Shown here piece by piece: positions 49,834-56,253 of a stretch of DNA of 56,253 bases. The stretch is from Chiloscyllium plagiosum (taxonomy: Eukaryota), in NCBI RefSeq assembly GCF_004010195.1, contig NC_057718.1, positions 92,148,541 to 92,204,793 of the forward strand, given 5' to 3'. The notes beneath the pieces were generated by a model that made no database searches, was not told the DNA's origin, and was given only the letters and a program-made list of their open reading frames with translations. The translations under genes were made by a program, and so were the position numbers. Within the stretch, counting starts at the first letter, position 1. Every line of letters starts with the position of its first letter.

Positions 49834-50155
49834 GGCGACACGGTGGCACAGTGGTTAGCACTGCTGCCTCACAGCGCCAGAGACCCGGGTTCAATTCCTG
49901 CCTCGGGCGACTGACTGTGTGGAGTTTGCACATTCTCCCCGTGTTTGCGTGGGGTTCCTCCGGCTGTTCCGGTTTCCTCCGACAATCCAAAAATGTGCAA
50001 GTTAGGTGAATTGGCCATGCTAAATTGCCTGTAGTGTTAGGTGAAGGGGTAAATGTAGGGGAATGGGTCTGGGTGGGTTGTGTTTCAGTGGGTCGGTGTG
50101 GACTTGTTGGCTGAAGGGCCTGTTTCCACACTGTAAGTAATCTAATCTAATCTAA
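49834..50155 (+). mobile_element. HE1-type V-SINE, full length and young
   Basis: A box 'tggcacagtggt', B box 'gggttcaattcc', V-domain, (taatc)n tail, possible TSD 'taaact'. Confidence 0.93.
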
Positions 50156-50750
50156 ACTGTGCATAATGTTAAGACATAAATAATGGAAAACATATGGAAT
50201 TTGGCAAGGCATGACCTCTCAAATTTCAAAATCCAAAAGAAGCAAACTTGTAATGGGCAAATGAAGATTGGCAGAGTTAATGGAGTCATTTCGTCCCTGC
50301 TCCTCAGGTAGTAATAGAGATCAGAGACCAAGTAGTTTTATGGGACTGAAAATTGTAGTCTGGAGGAAGCATGGAGACTCAGGGGCTTTGGAAGATTGAA
50401 AGCCTGGAATTACATCAGAAGACTAGAAGGTAGATTGAGACTGATGTCGTAGCTGTATGGTAGATTGAAATTGAGGTTGTTGCTCAGAGGCAACAAGACT
50501 GAGACTAAAGCTTGACACTGGAAAATGACTAAGGCAAGGATTGGAAACTGAGGGAGACATGTCTCAGGCCAGAAAGAAATCAGTAACAACAATGCCACAT
50601 GTAGCTTTCATTCCACAGTAGATTTTTGGTGTGTCAGCAGTATAACAAAGGAAAGGTTTATTATGACCTGCTTGGTTTAATCCAAATTGAAATATTGGCC
50701 TCTGATTGGATCCTGTCAGAAAATATCTTAATGATAAATTTCTAAAACAA

Positions 50751-51091
50751 TTCTTTCATAGGATGTGGGTGTTGCTGGCAAGGCCAGCATTTGTTGCACA
50801 TCCCTGATTGCCCTTGAACTGAACGGCTTTCAATGCTATTTCAGAGGACAGCCAGGTGTCCAACCACAGTGTTGTGTTTATGGAGTCACATGCAGGCCAG
50901 ATCAGACAAGGATGGCCCATTTCTTTCCCTGAAGAGCATTAGTGAGCCAGGTGGGCTTTGACAATTGATGGTCTTTCAATTCTAGACTTATGAATTGAAT
51001 TGAAATTCCACCAACTGCCAGGCTGGAATTCAAACCCAAGTCCCCAATTCTTCAGCCCATGCCCATGGATTACATTTATCACTAGGCCACC
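50751..51091 (-). mobile_element. MetaSINE-like SINE
   Basis: 'ggatgtgggtgttgctggcaaggccagcattt..ggagtcacatgcaggccaga..gaaattccaccaactgcc..attcaaaccc'. Confidence 0.78.
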
Positions 51092-52324
51092 AAGTTCTGA
51101 GGCCTAACTAATTGTTTGTGTTCTGTCCTTTCAACACAATATTTTGATGGGCAGTGATAGTATTGGAGGTAAATATCACAATTGGGGAACTGCACAGATA
51201 TCATTGAGGGGTCTGGTCACTCATCAGTTGGGGCTGTTCTAAATTGATCAGTCTTGGGATCTGTTCATCAAAACAATCATTGAGACAGGAGACAAATCAA
51301 TATGTAAGTGTAGGAGACGATAAGGCATTGGAAGACACAGGTTACTGCAGGAAAAGGGATCATCAATTGTCACCACCACCCTGGCTTCAACAGGGGACAG
51401 TGCAGCACGATGGTTAGCGTAACTAAGCTGTATGCCTTGAGGTGAGGGACAACATGGGGAGATGAAGGCGAAAATGAGAGCTGAATGGGAATGTGGGGAT
51501 TGACAGAGAGTGCAAGGAACACGAAGGTTTGGAGGTCACCTAGATTGACAGGCTCAGTCAGTGACTCACTCTGTGAAGCATGACTAACCACATCCAAATT
51601 GCAAATGTACAACAGAATTGAAAAAAATCTGCCATCACACTCGGCATGGTTTCTTTCTGTTCCCGAATGCATGTTCTAATTGTGAGGTAAGTGAGGCCCT
51701 TCAAGGGGCAACTGTAACTGCATTGACCAGTTGTTTACACTGTGCTGATTAAAGTTATCTGTAATCGTATAATTCTGCACATGAACCATACTCAGTGACC
51801 AACTGTGTGGAATATAAATGCTGACCACAAGCAATCTTGAACACGACATTACAAATTGATCAGAGTTATCTCTGTGAAGCAAATGTAGTCATAGATGACC
51901 TTTTAAAATGCCACTTGCCAGCTACAGTTCAGAAAGTTATTCCAGTGTCTCGTATGCTGCACCAGGGCATGGAACTGATGTCCCCTCACCTTGATCTGTA
52001 GGTATTTGACAACATGCTCTAAATGCAATGCTGCATTTCTTGAATGATGTAAGTGTTGGGGGCAGGGGGTGTCTAAAGTGTGAGTAATTCTACTGCATTT
52101 ACAATCTCCTACTGTGTGTACACAACATGACTTGACCTCTATATAATGCAAAAGGATTCACCATATCAAACGGCAATGTACAGACATTCCATGCCCTGTC
52201 TCACCTTGTCAACTCCTGCATGTCCCACTGTATCGATGACTCTGTAAAATTATTATTTGTGTGTGATGGGAATGGTAACTGCTCACATTACAAAGGGCTT
52301 GTTCTATTTCCAGTGTTCCTTAGA

Positions 52325-52720
52325 TAGGTTGATAGATCCAGCCACAGCAGGAGTTATCATTGTTATGGCCACAGTGCAACAACAGTGCAAAGAAATTGAG
52401 GAGAAACAAATGCATCAGCAAGTCCAGAACCAACAGAAACTTCTAATGACACCATTATGCAATCCCAAATGTAGATAAAATGCAGCCTCTTCTTTACCCA
52501 GGATCACAGTGCAACAGACAATAGGTCTGCTGAAGGTGAGGTTTGGATGCTTGGGTCAGTCTAGGGATCCTTGTGGTACATTACAGACAGAGTGTGCTGT
52601 TTAATCAATGCAGGCACTGCTCTGTACGACTGGAGCATGCAAGATGGGATGTGATGGATGTTGAAGTCCTCTGAGAAAGGTAATGATGTTGAGGAGGAAG
52701 AACATCACATTCACCATGAT
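52325..52720 (+). mobile_element. PIF/Harbinger (HARBI1-like) transposase remnant, internally deleted
   Basis: 'LLMTPLCNP' then 'TRITVQQTIGLLKVRFGCL' match the DDE C-terminal pattern 'WLMTP..NP...TR..VERTIG.LK.RFRCL'. Confidence 0.75.
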
Positions 52721-53018
52721 AGTGTGGTGCTGTGTTTGGCAAGCCAGACAGGACTTAATTAGCACTCGCATCCAATAGATGTGAGTTAGGTGAAGTCATC
52801 ATTCATTGACATAATTTCTTGTTCAAAAATCAAGCAACTTCTGCTTATTCCCAGAAGCATATTTTTCTCTTTGCTTATCCCGTTGTTCAGTAAAAGTTAA
52901 TGTTACCAACTATGAAGGTTTTGATATGTGATGGTACCACAATAAACAATGGGAAGATGTTATTCTACTCTGGGTATCAGGGAAAGAGTTGTAGTCCCCT
53001 AGACAGACTTTTAACACG

Positions 53019-53147
53019 AATGAAGTGCTTTTGCCCGAAACGTCGATTTTTCCTGCTCCTCAGATGCTGCCTGACCTGCTGTGCTTTTCCAGCACGGCTC
53101 TAATCTTGACTCTGATCTCCAGCATCTGCAGTACCCACCTCCGCCTC
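53019..53147 (+). mobile_element. Penelope pLTR fragment with 5'-damaged hammerhead
   Basis: 'tgaagtgcttttgcccgaaacgtcgatt..gatgctgcctgacctgctgtgcttttccagc'. Confidence 0.8.
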
Positions 53148-54473
53148 AACATTTAGCATGGTATGGCACTTAGGATGAGTAGCTTCTGTAGTTTAATTCT
53201 TGTAGATGCAATTACTATGACAGTTGATCAGGCTGACGCTGGTGTGAAATAGCGATACGTTTATGAATGTGAGGTTCCATTTCCAATGCAGTGCCACCCA
53301 TGCCACCTGTACACCGTCAGAAGCTTTTATTTTCTGTTTCTCTTTGCCTACGTGTGAAGGGCTATTCCTGGATGGCAACATTTGATCTGGTGCAAGGCTA
53401 AACTTTAAATATGAAACCCAGCGGTGCTGCAGATCCCAGCAGCGGTGAGTACTTCTGTCACTCAAGGGCACACAATAGAGCAATCGCAGCACTGTAGGCA
53501 AGACATAGTAAGGTGAGCAGCAGGGAACTATGTGAAATAATTCAGGGGAGCTCATGGTTAGTTTCTCTCCATGAAACTCTGAAAGTGACACTCTGCTGAT
53601 TTTTGGTAATGTTCAGCCCGGTAGTATCAGAATCACAAATCTGATATGGGTCGTGAATTTCTCAGATTTTTGGCTTTAGAATGAGAAGTCCTAAATCATT
53701 CTGGGGCCTTTTGGATTTCTCATGCAAACTAAGTGTGAGGTGCTCCATGCTGATCAGCTTCATACATGAGCCTCAGCATGAAAGCTTTCACATCTGCAGC
53801 TGAGCTCACAAAGTACAATTTACCTCTTTGAATAGGTTTTGTTAAGGATTTATCATAAAATTGTGGTGAGGAACAGAAAGGAAATGATTAAACTTTTACT
53901 AACCCCAAATTAAACAACAGTAGCTCTATTCAGGCAGCAGGCTTGCGACAGTCTGTAGGCCATTTCCATAAACTGAAATGTTTAAGGAAAGGGAAGGTAA
54001 AGTGTGCTTGAAGAGATAATTTCAAGATGAGCATTGATCATGTAAACTCTTTTTAAAATCGTTTTCAATGATGCTTTTCTTTTATTTCTGCTCTCATTTG
54101 CTTATATGTGAAGCACCTTAGTGCATTTTACAATGTTAAGTGTTGCATTTACATAGAGATACATGACATACATCAGTCCACAGGAAAGAGCACAGCACCC
54201 TACACCCAAACTTACCTCAGTGTTACCATGTAAGAGAACACTTAGGTTATATTCATTTGTAGTTATCTCTCAGCCTTAAGAAACACCTCAGCTTCACTCA
54301 AAACTCAAAGCTACCTACTGAAATTGCCTGAGATGAGGAACTAATAGATGTTGGATGCATGTTCTTCCAATATTGTGTGACATCCCTCAACTTGACTATC
54401 CTTATGCAATTTCTGGACGAGTGGTGCTGGAAGAGCACAGCAGTTCAGGCAGCATCCGAGGAGCAGTAAAATC

Positions 54474-54501
54474 GATGTTTCGGGCAAAAGCCCTTCATCA
54501 G
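54474..54501 (-). ncRNA. Minimal hammerhead ribozyme core, helix III mutated
   Basis: Minus strand CUGAUGA-A-GGGC-UUUU-GCCC-GAAAC-AUC; the ACGU palindrome has become ACAU. Confidence 0.65.
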
Positions 54502-54704
54502 GAATAAAGGCAGAGAGCCTGAAGGGTGGCGAGATAAGCTAGAGGAGGGTGGGGGTAGGGAAAAAGTAGCATAGAGTACAATAGGTGAGTGGGGGAGGGG
54601 ATGAAGGTGATAGGTCAGGGAGGAGGGTGGAGTGGATAGGTGGAAAAGAAGATAGGCAGGTAGGACAAGTCATGGGGACAGTGCTGAGCTGGAAGTTTGG
54701 AACT

Positions 54705-54963
54705 NNNNNNNNNNNNNNNNNNNNNNNNNNNNNNNNNNNNNNNNNNNNNNNNNNNNNNNNNNNNNNNNNNNNNNNNNNNNNNNNNNNNNNNNNNNNNNNN
54801 NNNNNNNNNNNNNNNNNNNNNNNNNNNNNNNNNNNNNNNNNNNNNNNNNNNNNNNNNNNNNNNNNNNNNNNNNNNNNNNNNNNNNNNNNNNNNNNNNNNN
54901 NNNNNNNNNNNNNNNNNNNNNNNNNNNNNNNNNNNNNNNNNNNNNNNNNNNNNNNNNNNNNNN
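54705..54963. other. Assembly gap (259 N)
   Basis: Run of N in the sequence. Confidence 1.
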
Positions 54964-56253
54964 AATTCCTGCGGTGGCAGGGGAAGGTGCCAGGATGGGA
55001 GGGTGGGTTGTAGGGGGGCGTGGACCTGACCAGGTAGTCACGGAGGGAACGGTCTTTGCGGAAGGCGGAAAGGGATGGGGAGGGAAATATATCCCTGGTG
55101 GTGGGGTCTTTTTGAAGGTGGCGGAAATGTTGGCGGATGATTTGGTTTATGCGAAGGTAGGTAGGGTGGAAGATGAGCACCAGGGGCGTTCTATCCTTGT
55201 TACGGTTGGAGGGGTGGGGTCTGAGGGCAGAGGTGCGGGATGTGGATGAGACGCGTTGGAGGGCATCTTTAACCACGTGGGAAGGGAAATTGCAGTCTCT
55301 AAAGAAGGAAGCCATCTGGTGTGTTCTGTGGTGGAACTGGTCCTCCTGGGAGCAGATACAGCGGAGGCACAGAAATGGGAATACGGGATGGCATTTTTGC
55401 AAGAGGTAGGGTGGGAAAAGGTGTAATCCAGGTAGCTGTGGGAGTCGGTGGGTTTGTAAAAAATGTCAGTGTCAAGTCAGTCATCATTAATGGAGATGGA
55501 GAGGTCCAGGAAGGGGAGGGAGGTGTCAGAGATGGTCAAGGTAAATTTAAGGTCAGGGTGGAATGTGTTGGTGAAGTTTGGAACTAGGGTGAGGTGGGGG
55601 AAGGGGAAATGAGGAATCTGTTCTCGCGAGAGCACGAGGTGGCGCCAATGCAGCCATCAATGTAGCGAAGGAAGAGGTGGGGAGTGGTGCCGGTGTAATT
55701 ACAGAAGATCGCCTGTTCTACGTAGCCAACAAAGAGACAGGCATAGCTGGGGCCCATACGTGTGCCCATGGCTACCCCTTTGGTCTGGAGGAAGTGGAAG
55801 GATTCGGAGGAGAATTTGTTAAGGGTGAGGACCAGCTCAGCCAAACGAATGAGAGTGTCGGTGGAAGGATACTGTTGGGGACGTTGGGAGAGGAAAAAAC
55901 GGAGGGCTTGGAGGCCCTGGTCATGGCGGATGGAGGTGTAGAGGGATTGGACATCCATGGTGAAGATGAGGCATTGGGGGCCGGGGAAACGGAAGTCTTG
56001 GAGGAGGTGGAGGGCGTGGGTGGTGTCTCGAACGCATGTGGGGAGTTCCTGGACTAGGGGGGATGGGACAGTGTCGAGGTAGGGAGAAATTAGTTCAGTG
56101 GGGCAGGAGCATGCTGAGACAATGGGTCGGCCAGGGTGGTCAGGCTTGTGGATCTTGGGAAGGAGGTAGAACCGGGCAGTGCGGGGTTCCCGGACTATGA
56201 GGTTGGAAGCTGTGGGTGGGAGATCTCCTGAGGTGAGGAGGTTCTGTATGGTC

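Larger units (their letters stand above)
54419..56253 (-). mobile_element. Penelope-like retroelement (probably Neptune-type), disrupted; runs off the window end
   Basis: RT motifs 'MDVQSLYTSI', 'FLQTKGVAMGTRMGPSYACLFVG' and 'RYIDG' (YIDD mutated); thumb and Cys-linker 'GTFPCHRRN'; the expected GIY-YIG domain falls in the N gap; 3' pLTR present. Confidence 0.93.

Noticed and set aside
54539..55041. Long ORFs spanning X runs
   Set aside because: Their length is inflated by the N gap

Overview
Repeat-rich, non-coding eukaryotic genomic DNA, almost certainly from a cartilaginous fish (shark): it carries HE1-type V-SINEs and the CR1 (HER1-type) LINEs whose 3' tails they share. I found no intact host gene, rRNA, bona fide tRNA, CRISPR array or viral gene. 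All recognisable ORFs are fragments of transposable-element proteins: CR1 and L2-group reverse transcriptase, RTE, the Tx1 C-terminus, Penelope-like RT, a hAT transposase and PIF/Harbinger transposases. Family names come from my recognition of motifs, not from a database search, and boundaries are approximate. The most interesting signals are: (1) several Penelope-derived termini with minimal hammerhead-ribozyme cores, including short palindromic non-autonomous forms, one with a 14-bp target-site duplication; (2) a double template-switch-like patch in the long Penelope copy; (3) homologous Penelope sequence at both ends of the window; (4) a Tx1 insertion at the TATA box of a solo LTR; (5) a candidate first coding exon at 40073-40202 in unique DNA. 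None of these is demonstrably a new biological system from sequence alone.
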